Positions 1 through 11,010 of a stretch of DNA of 64,000 nt are shown here, piece after piece (position 1 is the stretch's first letter; the number at the start of each line of letters is the position of its first letter). The position numbers were made by a program, and so were the translations under genes. The stretch is from Candidatus Poribacteria bacterium (GTDB lineage Bacteria; Poribacteria; WGA-4E; JAJDTR01): the NCBI GenBank assembly GCA_965222225.1, contig CBDCTK010000002.1, positions 1,056,001 to 1,120,000 of the forward strand. Reading direction: 5' to 3'. The notes below the pieces were generated by a model, which was given only the letters and a program-made list of their open reading frames with translations, was not told where the DNA came from and did not search any database.

Positions 1-89
1 GTCTTGGTGCCCGACTTCGGTGTTTGTTGACCGTAGAATAAAAAAATCGCCCGTTACGGCATTCAACAATAAGAGATCTGGCAATCATC

Positions 90-884
90 TCATGTTAGAA
101 CGCCCCTTACAAATATCAATGTCGATTCTACATTTGCGTTGATCTCATTTAATGTGGATCCGCCTACACATTCAACATATAATGGCCCATCAAATCCACC
201 TGCTACAAGCTCGTCCAGAACTTGCTTGAAATCGACCAGCCCTTCGCCAGGAGTCACCATGACATCGGGTTTTCCGTCCTGAACTACGCAGTCCTTTACA
301 ATCACTGTGGTAACCTTAGGTGCGACTGCGTTGATATCGGTTTCCGGTCGAAGTTCCCCTTTCGTATAGTAAATGATATTGCCGGGATCGTAGCAGATTC
401 CAAATGCGCAATGATTTACTTCCTGATCTACTTTGATGAGATCTTGCACCGTTAAACTTATTCCGCCGTGTGGCTTTAAGGCAATATTGACTCCTGCCTG
501 AGCGGCATGGGGAGCCGCTCGGCGCATCAGTTCATAGTAGTCCTCGTAGTACGCTTCGCTTGCAGTACCGCAATCAAGCAACCATTTTGCACCGAGCCCG
601 GCGGCGCTGTCAAGGAGCCGTTTGTAATCGTCAAGGCAAACTTCCAAATCCTTATTTAAGAATCGGACACTTCCCATCACGGCTGAAGGCGTCAATCCAG
701 CATTGGCTGCCACTCTACTGGTTTCCCTGATTTCTGCACTCGTGCTATCGGCTCTTACTGGATTCTGACCCGCGTTGGCAAACACGGCAACATCGGTATA
801 TCCAGCAGCAGAAATGTGGTCACATGCTTCGGGGAACGTAAGTGATTCGTAGGGACGGGTTGTACAGCCTATTGTGTGCTTCAC
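90..884 (-). CDS. Sugar phosphate isomerase/epimerase (xylose isomerase-like TIM barrel)
   Basis: 264 aa; GICYDPGN, VIVKD, GEGLVDF and GFDGPLYVE motifs of the AP-endonuclease-2/IolE-like family; GTG start. Confidence 0.85.
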   Translation of the reverse strand: MKHTIGCTTRPYESLTFPEACDHISAAGYTDVAVFANAGQNPVRADSTSAEIRETSRVAANAGLTPSAVMGSVRFLNKDLEVCLDDYKRLLDSAAGLGAKWLLDCGTASEAYYEDYYELMRRAAPHAAQAGVNIALKPHGGISLTVQDLIKVDQEVNHCAFGICYDPGNIIYYTKGELRPETDINAVAPKVTTVIVKDCVVQDGKPDVMVTPGEGLVDFKQVLDELVAGGFDGPLYVECVGGSTLNEINANVESTLIFVRGVLT

Positions 885-1002
885 AGGATTGTCCTTTCAG
901 TACATTTAATTATTTTTCATTCAAAAGAGTGAGCCATCTAGCGTAATTATGTATGAAGTTGAATTGACCAAGCAAGTGATTCATTCCCTCGCTTTAATCT
1001 CG

Positions 1003-1794
1003 TTACATAGCAACAATTCGACGCATACGCTTAGCGATGTCAATCTGCGCGGCAAGATCGCCGCCGACTTCGTGGATAACGTACCGATCATAGCCGATAG
1101 CCCTAAACTCACGCATGACAGAGGACCAATCGGTGTCTCCGTCAAGAAGGTTGACAAATCGGTGCTCTCCGCGCCTGAAGTCCTTGAAATGAACGCATTT
1201 AATTCGTGAACCAAGTTCCCGAATCCAGTGTTCCGGATAGCCGTAAGCCATCATATTGGCAGTGTCTAAGTAAACACCAACCCATTCACTGTCGACAGCA
1301 TCAATAAATTCTCGTGTCTCTTTAGGACTTAGCAAGAATTTATTCCTCACATTTTCGAGACCGATTGCGGCGCTGTTTGAAGCAGCAATTGCCGCTAAGT
1401 CTTTCAGAATACCGAGAAGATTGTCCCAAACTTCTTGATAGGTGCCTCCGACTGTCAGTTGTCCGGGATGCAGGAGAATGGTATCAACCTTCAGTATTCC
1501 GGCAATCTCCAAACTACGATTCACGGTTCTGATGCCCTTCTCCCGTTGATTAGTGTCTAGACTCAGGAGATTTCCACTGTCACTGTAGTTGGCGATGGTG
1601 CTGCTAATCTCAATTCCCGCCATAGCACATTTCTCGCCAACTCCAGCAATCTCTGACGGACTCATGTTAATATCAAGTTCCTTACCTTCGCCGAAGGTGA
1701 GCTCAATGGCTTCATATTCAGCGTCAAGGCATAAGCCGAGTACGTCGTCAAGCGACATGTTCCCGAGTAGAAGTTGTGTAATACCGATTTTCAT
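1003..1794 (-). CDS. Sugar phosphate isomerase/epimerase (TIM barrel)
   Basis: 263 aa; metal-ligand motifs IGLENV, YLDTAN, VHFKD, LLDGDTDW, VIHE. Confidence 0.88.
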   Translation of the reverse strand: MKIGITQLLLGNMSLDDVLGLCLDAEYEAIELTFGEGKELDINMSPSEIAGVGEKCAMAGIEISSTIANYSDSGNLLSLDTNQREKGIRTVNRSLEIAGILKVDTILLHPGQLTVGGTYQEVWDNLLGILKDLAAIAASNSAAIGLENVRNKFLLSPKETREFIDAVDSEWVGVYLDTANMMAYGYPEHWIRELGSRIKCVHFKDFRRGEHRFVNLLDGDTDWSSVMREFRAIGYDRYVIHEVGGDLAAQIDIAKRMRRIVAM

Positions 1795-1912
1795 TGTGCG
1801 TTGCCGATACCTTTCATTTACTAGTCCGTTTTTGATGGATTATTGTATCAGTTGAATTCTAGCGCCAGCGACTGATGCGCCGAAAATAGTGATGTGCGGG
1901 ATTTAACCCCCA

Positions 1913-2476
1913 TCAACTACATTTCTCGGAAAAGATATGGTGCAATGCCATATCCCATGCCTGCGGCAGAGTGTCTTGAATGACCTGTTCCTCGAACGCT
2001 AATCCCATCCAGGTTGCTTGCGGACAATTCGGCAGGAATCGATCGTAATATCCGCCTCCATATCCAATGCGATAATTCTTTAGATCGAAAGCAATTCCAG
2101 GGACAATAATCAGATCAATCTGATTGAAAGGGAACTTGGGGCAAACATCTTGCTTCGGCTGGAGCATACCGTAACGATGGCGCCTAAGCTCCGTGCTAGT
2201 GTTGGTAATGCGCCGAGGGACAAGACGCTTCGCTTCTATCGTCGGTGCTAGGGCAATCTTGTTCGTGCACAACAAATAAACGAGCAAGTCGTGCGTTTCA
2301 ACTTCGCTCCGCATGCTAAGGTAGAGCATAACCGTGTCTATTGCATGCGTCTCAATGAAGTCAATCACCCTTGTGTTAATATTCCTGCTCAATTCATGGC
2401 GTACCTCGGGAGGGATAATGTCGCGTCTAAGGAGTGCTTCTTCGCGAATACGTTGACGTTTCTCATCTCTGGTCAT
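1913..2476 (-). CDS. ygfA: 5-formyltetrahydrofolate cyclo-ligase
   Basis: [25 protein letters not shown] signature; start trimmed to [11 protein letters not shown] (2476). Confidence 0.92.
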   Translation of the reverse strand: MTRDEKRQRIREEALLRRDIIPPEVRHELSRNINTRVIDFIETHAIDTVMLYLSMRSEVETHDLLVYLLCTNKIALAPTIEAKRLVPRRITNTSTELRRHRYGMLQPKQDVCPKFPFNQIDLIIVPGIAFDLKNYRIGYGGGYYDRFLPNCPQATWMGLAFEEQVIQDTLPQAWDMALHHIFSEKCS

Positions 2477-2571
2477 ACATTCACTGAAGTAAGAGGCTGT
2501 CGCGGCATTTAGAATTTCCCATCGAAAATGCCGTGGTGGACGCAATAAAAGGTTCAGCGCGATTTGTAGAC

Positions 2572-3933
2572 TCAAGTGTCCCACCCAATTTCATTGATAT
2601 ACTTGGCAAGCGCATCTCGGAAGGTAGAAGGTTTCATTTTGAGCAGCTTCGCCGATTGTGTTTTATTCCCATTCGTTTTCCTCATAGCCCAAGCAATTAG
2701 CTCGCGTTCCGTGGACTGGACAATCTCGTGGAATGAGGTCCCACACAACGTATCATCCAAGTTGACTGGGGTTGGTACTTTCAGTTCAATGGGAATATCT
2801 TCAACAGAAATAGATCGCCCACCGCTCATCGTAACTAGCCGTTCGACTAGATTTTCCATCTCGCCTACATTTCCAGGCCAGGTATACGCCGCAAGTATAT
2901 CAGCAGCCTCCGAAACCATGAAGGTATTCCGACGCGGGGAGAACAAATCTAAGAAGTGGTTAATAAGGAGTGGTATATCTTCCGTTCGTTCCCGAAGAGG
3001 TGGCAAAAAGAGTGGAACAACGTTTAATCGATAGAACAAATCTTCCCGGAATTCACCCAGTCTGACTTTTTCTCGGAGGTTCACCGTAGTTGCGGCAATT
3101 AAGCGTACGTCTAATCTAGCATTATCCGTGCTATCGTCAAGCTCGTACTCACCATCTTCAAGCACCTGAAGTAGATTAATCTGCATTTCGTACGGCAAGT
3201 TTTCTATATCAGCCAAAAAGAGCGTACCTCCGTGAGAAAGTTCAAGTCTCCCTGTCCGTGGACCGTTCGCGTTTACTGCCCCTCCAAATAGATCGTCGTG
3301 TAATCCGGTTGGCGATTGCTTTGAGCAGTTTACACGTACATAGGGCTGATATTTGCGCGGACTATTCGAATGAATAGATTTTGCGAGCAATGCTTTACCA
3401 ACGCCCCGCTCACCGTAGATTAACACATTACTATTGGATTCAGCCACGGTGGCAAGGGCGCCCAGAACCTCCTGCATCTGCTGACTCCTTCCCACGATAT
3501 TCTGATGTGACGAAAGTTTGCCAGTGTTGTTGGAAGACAGCACGATGTCTCCGCCCTTTGAAAGGATGCTTTCCTCGTGCAGTCTCTTCAGTTTGTCTAG
3601 CATGGTAATTAGTTCTTCGCTTGAAAATGGTTTCTTGATGTAGTTATGTGCGCCGAATTGCATGGCTTCAACGGCAGTTTCTACCGTGGCATAGGCGGTC
3701 ATGATTATTACAGTGATATGCGGGTGCTCTTTCTTAACTCGCTTTAGGAAATCAATCCCGTGCATCCGCGGCATTCGCAGGTCGGTTACTAGTACGTCAA
3801 AATGTTGATTCTCCAACAACCGTAGTCCCGTAGATGGAGATTCGACCGCGATTGCGTCGTAGTTCGCCTCGCGAAGGTCATCCCTCAGTGTAATCCGTTT
3901 AATTTTTTCGTCGTCGACAACAAGTACCTTCAT
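2572..3933 (-). CDS. NtrC/Fis-family response regulator (REC-AAA+-HTH) with degenerate sigma54-activating motifs
   Basis: REC domain (VVDDE, TDLRMP, YIKKPF); AAA+ domain ([16 protein letters not shown]); C-terminal HTH; GAFTGA absent. Confidence 0.9.
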   Translation of the reverse strand: MKVLVVDDEKIKRITLRDDLREANYDAIAVESPSTGLRLLENQHFDVLVTDLRMPRMHGIDFLKRVKKEHPHITVIIMTAYATVETAVEAMQFGAHNYIKKPFSSEELITMLDKLKRLHEESILSKGGDIVLSSNNTGKLSSHQNIVGRSQQMQEVLGALATVAESNSNVLIYGERGVGKALLAKSIHSNSPRKYQPYVRVNCSKQSPTGLHDDLFGGAVNANGPRTGRLELSHGGTLFLADIENLPYEMQINLLQVLEDGEYELDDSTDNARLDVRLIAATTVNLREKVRLGEFREDLFYRLNVVPLFLPPLRERTEDIPLLINHFLDLFSPRRNTFMVSEAADILAAYTWPGNVGEMENLVERLVTMSGGRSISVEDIPIELKVPTPVNLDDTLCGTSFHEIVQSTERELIAWAMRKTNGNKTQSAKLLKMKPSTFRDALAKYINEIGWDT

Positions 3934-3935
3934 AT

Positions 3936-5726
3936 CTAAGTTCGCTCGGTTGCTACTGGCAAGTTCACCGTGAAGGTCGACCCTTGACCAGGTTTGCTCT
4001 CGAATTCAAGCGTCCCTTCATGCTGCCTAACAATCCTATCAGAAACTGAAAGGCCAAGTCCTGTACCTTTTTCCAAAATCTTTGTGGTATAGAATGGATC
4101 GAAAATTCGATCTTGAATGGCATTGGGAATACCGATTCCCATATCTGTAACCCGCACGTAAACCATTTGCGCCCCCCTGAAGGCATCAAGATCAACGGTT
4201 CCTGTTTCCAGAATTAGCGCACCTCCATCAGGCATCGCCGCAACAGCATTTAACGCCAAATTTAGAACAACCTGTTCAAGCAAGTGTTTGTCTCCGAGGA
4301 TTGACGCAAGATTCGAATGGAATCGCTTTTCGATTTTGATTCCTTTCTCCTGGGCGCTATATTCAATAAGACCGGTAACTTCATCGACAACTTCATTCAG
4401 CGAAATTGAGGCTAGGCTGAGTTCATGGTGACGCGAAAAATCTAGAAGTTGCTTAACCGTTGACTCAATGCGCCGCAATGCTTCTTCCATGAGGTCTAGA
4501 TATTCTTTGGTTTGGCGGGTATTCTCCGGATCTCGCTTAATACGAAGGATGCAGTTAATTAGCCCATCAAGCGGGTTATTAATCTCGTGTGCGACACCTG
4601 CGGCCACTTCACCAATCGCAGCCATTTTTTCAGAGAAGATTAACTGTTGCTCCATCCGTTTTCGATCTGTTACATCACGCGAAACTAGCACCGTGCCCAA
4701 ATGTCCTTCCTCCGCATCACGCACTGCTGCGACAGTGTTCTCAAAATGTCTGTCCTTTATCTGGACGCTCTTCTGTTCAATCATACTACTGCCTTCCGAT
4801 AAATCACGTACCAACTGTGATAGTATGTTGTAAGAGTGCGACGACGATTGCGAGTCCGTCGCTTCGGACCGAGGCGTTGCAGCGAGTGAAAACTCAGCGT
4901 TAGATTGCTCCTGCTGAATCTGTTGGGCGGCTTTGTTCGAGAGTGCTACCTGATTTCTTTCATCAACGAAAACAACACCCTCGTGCATACATTCAATTAT
5001 TGACTTCAGTTTGTTTCGCTCGAAGAGAACCTCCTTGCGTGCGGATTCCAATTCCTGAACCTTTTCCTCCAGGTTCTCCTTTAAATCCCGTGTTTCTTCC
5101 TCACGCGCCCTTGCGGTATCCGTTATCGTCGTAGCCAAATAAACAGAGAAAAATAGAGTGCTCGTGAAGACGAACAATACGCTCGCAACATAAATTGGGT
5201 GTTGCCAAAGCGTTATGGGCAGGAAATTGTTCAGATGATGATGTGGAAGAATCTCGAAATATTCCAAGAAGATAACGGAACTAAGGAGTGCGGTATTGAG
5301 AGTAGCGAGGACGTAACTGACTTTCTTGGACAGGATGATGCTTGCGATAACAAGGTGGAATACGAAGTAGAAGATAAACGGGTTTTCGACACCCCCGCTG
5401 AAATGAATTAATGCCGTTAAGGAAAATAAATCAAGTAGAATATGCGTACAGGCATGTCGTTTGATTGACACCAACCGTTTCTTGCTCACATGCTTCGAGT
5501 AAAGTTGCGGCTCGAAGTTGTAGAGCACCATGAACACGGCAATTAGATACAGCGGAAGAGGCTGATTGATTACATCTAACCGCCATGCAATTCCGACGGT
5601 GACAAAAACTCCTCCGATTGCAATCCAACGCATCCGGGCAAGCCAAGCAATCTGCTTGACTAGTTCAATCTTGAATGGGAGTTCTCGATCTATATCCGGT
5701 GATTGAGGAGATACACCCTGTTTCAC
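3936..5726 (-). CDS. Membrane sensor histidine kinase (about 6 TM, PAS, HisKA, HATPase)
   Basis: H-box AHEINNPL, N-box NLALNAV, G boxes DMGIGI and GTGLGL; hydrophobic N-terminus. Confidence 0.92.
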   Translation of the reverse strand: MKQGVSPQSPDIDRELPFKIELVKQIAWLARMRWIAIGGVFVTVGIAWRLDVINQPLPLYLIAVFMVLYNFEPQLYSKHVSKKRLVSIKRHACTHILLDLFSLTALIHFSGGVENPFIFYFVFHLVIASIILSKKVSYVLATLNTALLSSVIFLEYFEILPHHHLNNFLPITLWQHPIYVASVLFVFTSTLFFSVYLATTITDTARAREEETRDLKENLEEKVQELESARKEVLFERNKLKSIIECMHEGVVFVDERNQVALSNKAAQQIQQEQSNAEFSLAATPRSEATDSQSSSHSYNILSQLVRDLSEGSSMIEQKSVQIKDRHFENTVAAVRDAEEGHLGTVLVSRDVTDRKRMEQQLIFSEKMAAIGEVAAGVAHEINNPLDGLINCILRIKRDPENTRQTKEYLDLMEEALRRIESTVKQLLDFSRHHELSLASISLNEVVDEVTGLIEYSAQEKGIKIEKRFHSNLASILGDKHLLEQVVLNLALNAVAAMPDGGALILETGTVDLDAFRGAQMVYVRVTDMGIGIPNAIQDRIFDPFYTTKILEKGTGLGLSVSDRIVRQHEGTLEFESKPGQGSTFTVNLPVATERT

Positions 5727-5771
5727 GGAAACACGACCTCATGCGTTTCTCAGTAAAGGACAGTTTCACAA

Positions 5772-6059
5772 TTACTTCTGATACCAAATTTCGCCATGCA
5801 CTTCAACGATATCAACAATCGCCATAATAACCGCATCAACAGGCTTGTCTTTGGTGGCTGTTGTTTGCCGTGCGGAGCTTCCTGTTGCAACCAGCACCAA
5901 TTCACCAATTCCGGCGCCAACCGCATCTACCGCCGCATTATATGTCTTGAGTAGATTACCATCCAAATCCACGTCTTGGATAATCATCAACTTACTGCCG
6001 ACAAGCTTCGCGTCTTTTTTGGTGGCAACAATTGTTCCCGTGACTTTCCCAAGCGTCAT
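5772..6059 (-). CDS. eutN: EutN/CcmL-family microcompartment vertex protein (BMC-P)
   Basis: GKVTGTIVATKKD, AVDAVGAGIGELVLV, GSSAR, PVDAVIMAIVD. Confidence 0.93.
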   Translation of the reverse strand: MTLGKVTGTIVATKKDAKLVGSKLMIIQDVDLDGNLLKTYNAAVDAVGAGIGELVLVATGSSARQTTATKDKPVDAVIMAIVDIVEVHGEIWYQK

Positions 6060-6127
6060 CCAATGAACCTTTCTGTTCTAAATTTTCATCCTCTAAACAT
6101 CTTTCAGTTCGTCCAGTAATGGTGTTT

Positions 6128-6156
6128 ATAGTAAACTTAAGCCACACAAAAGTCAA
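6128..6156 (-). promoter_or_regulatory. sigma70-type promoter for the eutN cluster
   Basis: TTGACT-17bp-TACTAT on the minus strand, about 70 bp upstream of eutN. Confidence 0.6.
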
Positions 6157-6196
6157 GTTTTTTGTCTATGTCTGCTAGAGTGTTAGCAACAACCCG

Positions 6197-6380
6197 GGTA
6201 GTTTATTCGGCGGACAAACACCGTTGCTACCTTAGGGAGGTGCTACTCACGAATGGTATGGACTGATTCGCAACAATCCTTGTCACGGGGATTGAAGTTT
6301 GGACAAGGCAAGGCATCTCGCCAGAACCGAACCTGGATTGAAGGATGTTGAAATCTTTACCTAACTATTGAGTAACTACC
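6197..6380. mobile_element. Possible short MITE or IS-end remnant
   Basis: Inverted termini GGTAGTT...AACTACC around 184 bp with no intact ORF; no target duplication seen. Confidence 0.25.
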
Positions 6381-7063
6381 GAAATTTACGAGAGTATAAA
6401 TATCGCGAACAATCCAGTCGTTCAATGAAGTCTTCGCGCATTCCACCTCGAACCATTGCGCTTCCGCATTTACACCGCCCCAGATGGCAAGATGCCCCTG
6501 ATATGTGATGGATCATCTGTTCCCCAAGATTTCGTATTTTTAAGAATATTTTCGGGCAATGGAAGTTTGCCGGATTCGATTAATTCGACGGGCAATCTCC
6601 AAACAGCAAACAATAGACAATGTACTGTTTTGTGCCTCGCGTCATAATCTGTTGAATCGTGTGGCAGTTGTCGCCCTTGACGCACGCCTCACATAATGTT
6701 ATAAAATACTGTCGTCGGTGACTCTAGCAGATTTGGACTGCAGAAACTTAGTCCTAGCTAAATCTATCAGCGCATATCCATTCTCAATGTGCGGTTCCCT
6801 TGATGAGTGGTTACATTGGACTCAATAATCCACGCAATTAGGCGTCTAGACAAACCAGTTTATTTTCCGCTAACTTCAGATAGTCGAGTTTCACATACTT
6901 CAGTCGTGCGAGAGAACAGTTGCTACAGCATTGATTGAATTGCCACGGTTGACTCTCTGCGAAAGACGCCTCAATCTTTTCAGTAATGGACTACCCAATG
7001 TCTATTCTCACATCTTAAAAAGACGAAATTGGCGTTTCCTGAAATAACATCGGAGAGCTAATC

Positions 7064-9835
7064 ATGGAAGTCCTCCATCCAGTCTGGCTCATACTGTTTT
7101 TTCCTCTGATCGTATCGCTGCGTGTCTGGCAACTTCCCTCCCGCCTCTTGTTAGCCCTGCGTTTTGCGGTGTTGTCTCTAATTCTGTTGTCCATGTGCGG
7201 ATTTGCCGTGAAATTACGCATGCAGGCGAGTACAGTTGTAGTTGTAGCAGACAGAAGTCGATCAATGCCTCTCGACAGCGAATCACGACACAAAGAGGCG
7301 ATTGATCTAATCCAGGCCTCTAAGGCGCGCGATTCTAACCTTGCTGTCGTGTCCTTTGGTCGAACTGCCGCCATTGAACAATCGCCCCAAAGCGGAAAAT
7401 TTGCCGGATTCGTCAGCGAGATTCATGATGATGCTTCCGACCTAAACGGGGCAATTGAAACGGCATTAGCCCTTATCCCTCAAGATTCACCCGGTAGAGT
7501 GCTTCTGCTCTCCGATGGGGGGTGGACAGGAAAAGATCCGGCGGCGGCGGCGGCCCAGGCCGCAACTCGGAGTATTGCGCTCGACTACCGCCTCACACAA
7601 AGAGATTCGACAAATGACATCGTCATTACACACGTAGACGCACCACATGTTGTCGCCCCCGGCGAATCGTTTATGCTTGCTGCTTGGATTAGTTCACCAA
7701 TTCAGGGTGAGGTTTCATTCGAGTTCATGCGTGGGAACCAACGCCTCGCTTCAGGCAAGCGAAAAGTGCCGTCCGGTTTGAGTCGACTCGTATTTCGTGA
7801 CAAAGCCACACAACCGGGCACACATCAGTACGCGGTGAGGATTGCGGGGACGGAGACCGATCCGGTGCCTGAAAACAACACGGCAAAAGTGCTCGTCGGC
7901 ATTCACGGCCCGCGTCCAATTCTGCACATCACTACCACGTCCAATTCTGCATTGGCCCGATTACTTCAGGCGGGTGGATGGAACGTAAAAACCGCTTCTC
8001 CATCGGCATGCTGGTGGTCGCTTGACGAGTTGTCAGGGTATTCCGCCGTGCTCGTTGAAAACGTTTTGGCGGACAAGATTGGCTTATACGGTATGGAAAA
8101 CCTCGCCGTATGGGTCAAAGAAACCGGGGCTGGTTTCATGATGACAGGTGGAAAGCATGCTTTCGGACCGGGTGGTTATTTCAAATCGCCGCTTGAGCCG
8201 ATTATGCCAGTCTCAATGGAATTGAGGCGTGAGCACCGAAAGCTATCACTTGCCATTGTGGTAGCAATGGACAGGTCTGGTAGCATGTCAATGCCGGTGA
8301 GTGGCGGCAGAACGAAGATGAGTCTCGCAAACCTTGCTACGGCCGAAGTGCTTGATATGCTGTCACCGATGGATGAATTTGGTGTCGTTGCGGTCGATAG
8401 TTCGCCGCACATCATCGCCAATCTCTCAAGCGTTGAGAATAGCACGCACGTTCGGAGCAAAATCCTACGAATCAGTCCGGGGGGTGGCGGTATCTTTGTC
8501 TACGAGGCGCTTTTCACCGCGTCCAAAATGATATTGAATGCAGAGGCGGGCACCCGACATATTATCCTCTTTGCCGACGCTGCCGACTCAGAGGAACCCG
8601 GGCAATACCGCAAACTGCTAGAGAAGTGTCGAACAGCCAACATCACCGTAAGTGTCGTTGGACTCGGGACCGCGACCGACGTCGATGCCGAACTGCTTCG
8701 CGATATCGCCCGGCGAGGGGAGGGGCGTTGCTTCTTTACACGGAACGCCGAAGAGCTGCCCCGTCTGTTTGCACAAGATACATTCGTCGTGGCGCGCAGC
8801 ACGTTCGTTGACGAACCCGTTGAAGTTCGCGCCACCGGTGGCATGGTCACACTGACCGGTAAACAACATCATATACCCTATCCGATTGGCGGCTACAACC
8901 TCTGTTACATCCGACCCGACGCAATCCTTGCAGCCGTCACAGAGGACGAGTACAAAGCGCCCGTTGTGGCAGCATGGCAGGCGGAGGTTGGACGAGTTCT
9001 CTGTTACACTGGTGAAGCGGATGGAGATTACACGGGCACCATTGCAGGTTGGAAAGGTGTTGGAGATTTCCTAGCAAGTTTAGTTCGTTGGACAGCCGGC
9101 GATTCAGGTAACTTGCCGGGAGAAATGTTACTTACTCAAAAGGTCAAGAATGGAATCAATGTGGTGGAACTTCACCTCAATCCGGAACGACAGGGCGAAC
9201 CATTCAGAGGACTTCCTAGCGTAACGGTGCTCAGGGGAATTGTTGGGCAAAAGCCAACGGTGGCTGAAACCAAACTGTCTTGGACATCTGCCGATTCGCT
9301 CGCCGTGGACATTCCAATTCACGGCAGTGAAACTGTATTGGCTACTGTAGAGATATTGGGCACAGGGCATTATTCACTTCCGCCCATCTGTCTACCTTAT
9401 TCCCCCGAATTTAACCTTGCGACTGCCGAATCAGGTCTAGAAACTATGGAACGCCTTGCGCAAGCAACAGATGGGAAAACACGAATCAATTTTAGTACGA
9501 TTTGGGATGACCTGCCGCGTCAACCCCGCCTGCTGGCACTCAAGCCGTGGCTACTGATCGCAGCACTCATCCTTCTGCTTGTTGAAATCTTGGAACGCCG
9601 TACCGGATTAATCTCCATGAGACGCGGTTGGCGAAAGGCAGGAACGAAAACACAACGCATACTTCGAAAAGACCGCTCCGCCGATCAATCCGTGGCACCT
9701 CCTGCTCCCCCAGCAACACAAGCTGAACCCGAGGAACCAACAAAGCCGCAGACATTACCTGAACAGGAGAGAATGATTGACGCCTTGAGTCGAGCCCGAA
9801 AGCGCGCTAGCGGACGGACCCAAAGCGAACGGTAA
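7064..9835 (+). CDS. Membrane protein with two VWA domains and a glutamine amidotransferase-like domain
   Basis: MIDAS-like DRSRSM and DRSGSM; GFMMTGGKHAFGPGGY..PLEPIMPV segment; N- and C-terminal TM helices. Confidence 0.85.
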   Translation: MEVLHPVWLILFFPLIVSLRVWQLPSRLLLALRFAVLSLILLSMCGFAVKLRMQASTVVVVADRSRSMPLDSESRHKEAIDLIQASKARDSNLAVVSFGRTAAIEQSPQSGKFAGFVSEIHDDASDLNGAIETALALIPQDSPGRVLLLSDGGWTGKDPAAAAAQAATRSIALDYRLTQRDSTNDIVITHVDAPHVVAPGESFMLAAWISSPIQGEVSFEFMRGNQRLASGKRKVPSGLSRLVFRDKATQPGTHQYAVRIAGTETDPVPENNTAKVLVGIHGPRPILHITTTSNSALARLLQAGGWNVKTASPSACWWSLDELSGYSAVLVENVLADKIGLYGMENLAVWVKETGAGFMMTGGKHAFGPGGYFKSPLEPIMPVSMELRREHRKLSLAIVVAMDRSGSMSMPVSGGRTKMSLANLATAEVLDMLSPMDEFGVVAVDSSPHIIANLSSVENSTHVRSKILRISPGGGGIFVYEALFTASKMILNAEAGTRHIILFADAADSEEPGQYRKLLEKCRTANITVSVVGLGTATDVDAELLRDIARRGEGRCFFTRNAEELPRLFAQDTFVVARSTFVDEPVEVRATGGMVTLTGKQHHIPYPIGGYNLCYIRPDAILAAVTEDEYKAPVVAAWQAEVGRVLCYTGEADGDYTGTIAGWKGVGDFLASLVRWTAGDSGNLPGEMLLTQKVKNGINVVELHLNPERQGEPFRGLPSVTVLRGIVGQKPTVAETKLSWTSADSLAVDIPIHGSETVLATVEILGTGHYSLPPICLPYSPEFNLATAESGLETMERLAQATDGKTRINFSTIWDDLPRQPRLLALKPWLLIAALILLLVEILERRTGLISMRRGWRKAGTKTQRILRKDRSADQSVAPPAPPATQAEPEEPTKPQTLPEQERMIDALSRARKRASGRTQSER

Positions 9836-9993
9836 GTTATTTCAAAGAGGGTGCCCTAAATCCGAACACAAGAATGATTGCCGATATTGTCGACAGGTAC
9901 CTGGATGCGCTTTTCGGCGACAGGCCCGTCCTGCAACGGTTGCATGTGGATGCCACTAGCACTCCCTTGCAGGAATTCTTATCCTTCCCTGCC

Positions 9994-10719
9994 TTACTTA
10001 CCATTACCTTCCATACCAAACAATCTGCGGCGTTCCGATGTCGTGCAAAGATGGGCAATGGAAGCAAACCGTTTGGGGTCGACCCGTTCAGGCGTCCACT
10101 TTTCATAAATGAGTATCAGGGATTTTCGTGGCGTTTTCGTGTAGTTATCCATCGCGGTATGCCAGCCATAGGAGTTAAACATTATAGCAGTGCCGGCTTT
10201 ACCCGGAAACCGTTTGTGACCAGGCATAGCCTCTAAGCGAGTTGTGCTGGAATAGGGACCGGCATCTAATTTGTGACTCCCCGGGACATAAGCAAATTCG
10301 CCAGCTCGAAGTTCGACATCGTTCACGTAAATCTGAACCTTGATATGCAGCGGATTGCTATGAGGCACGTCGGGGTGCCAAAGCGAATAACAAACCGGCC
10401 CCGGCGGAACTGTGCGAACTTGTGGTCCGAGTAGAATGAGATCGTCGTCCGTAAAAGCCATAAGGTAACCGTAATAACTTGGATGATCAATCAGGTTGAC
10501 AAAAATCTCGTCTTTGTCAAAAGGATCGGGAATGTCGTAAAACGATGCAGGTACTTGCCCGGCATCTACGCGATCTAGCCAGGTTGATTTACACTTCTCC
10601 GCCCAATATTCAAAAACTTCCTGCAACCGTCTCAACTCCGCGCCCTGAATTGCGTTTTCAAGGACTAGATAACCGAACTCTTTCCATTGTGCCGTTTCAG
10701 CTTCCGTGGGTCTAATCAT
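9994..10719 (-). CDS. Phytanoyl-CoA dioxygenase (PhyH) family Fe/2OG oxygenase
   Basis: EFGYLVLENAI, WHPD, YVPGSHK, distal His (GWHT) and Arg (RKS). Confidence 0.88.
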   Translation of the reverse strand: MIRPTEAETAQWKEFGYLVLENAIQGAELRRLQEVFEYWAEKCKSTWLDRVDAGQVPASFYDIPDPFDKDEIFVNLIDHPSYYGYLMAFTDDDLILLGPQVRTVPPGPVCYSLWHPDVPHSNPLHIKVQIYVNDVELRAGEFAYVPGSHKLDAGPYSSTTRLEAMPGHKRFPGKAGTAIMFNSYGWHTAMDNYTKTPRKSLILIYEKWTPERVDPKRFASIAHLCTTSERRRLFGMEGNGK

Positions 10720-11010
10720 GAGGCGCCTCCCGCTTTAGCATAGTGTTTTAATCATTGCATTGTATTAAACCTGAGATTGGAACTCAAGGAATATGTCTGC
10801 GCGGTGAAAGTCCGACGATTTCAAGCAGCACCGATAGCAATCTCTCAAATCCATTAAATTCCCGCTTCCACATCCGATATTTTCTATCCTCACCAGTCAG
10901 CCTGTGAAAGGCTTGCAACCACATATATTCCTCTACATTAACACGACACACGGCGTGGAAGTAGGGAACCGCTCGAACGCATTCTCATTGCGCTTTGGCG
11001 ATGGGACATC

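Noticed and set aside
2477-2571. 6S RNA is often found upstream of ygfA
   Set aside because: The gap is only about 95 bp with no long hairpin
10798-10820. CGGTGAAAGTCCG resembles FMN/cobalamin riboswitch or group II intron motifs
   Set aside because: Isolated word on the wrong strand with no other conserved elements
10936-10981. GGAAGTAGGG...GAACGC resembles a glnA glutamine riboswitch
   Set aside because: The 5' CGTT and GAAGG elements are missing, and it is antisense to both flanking genes
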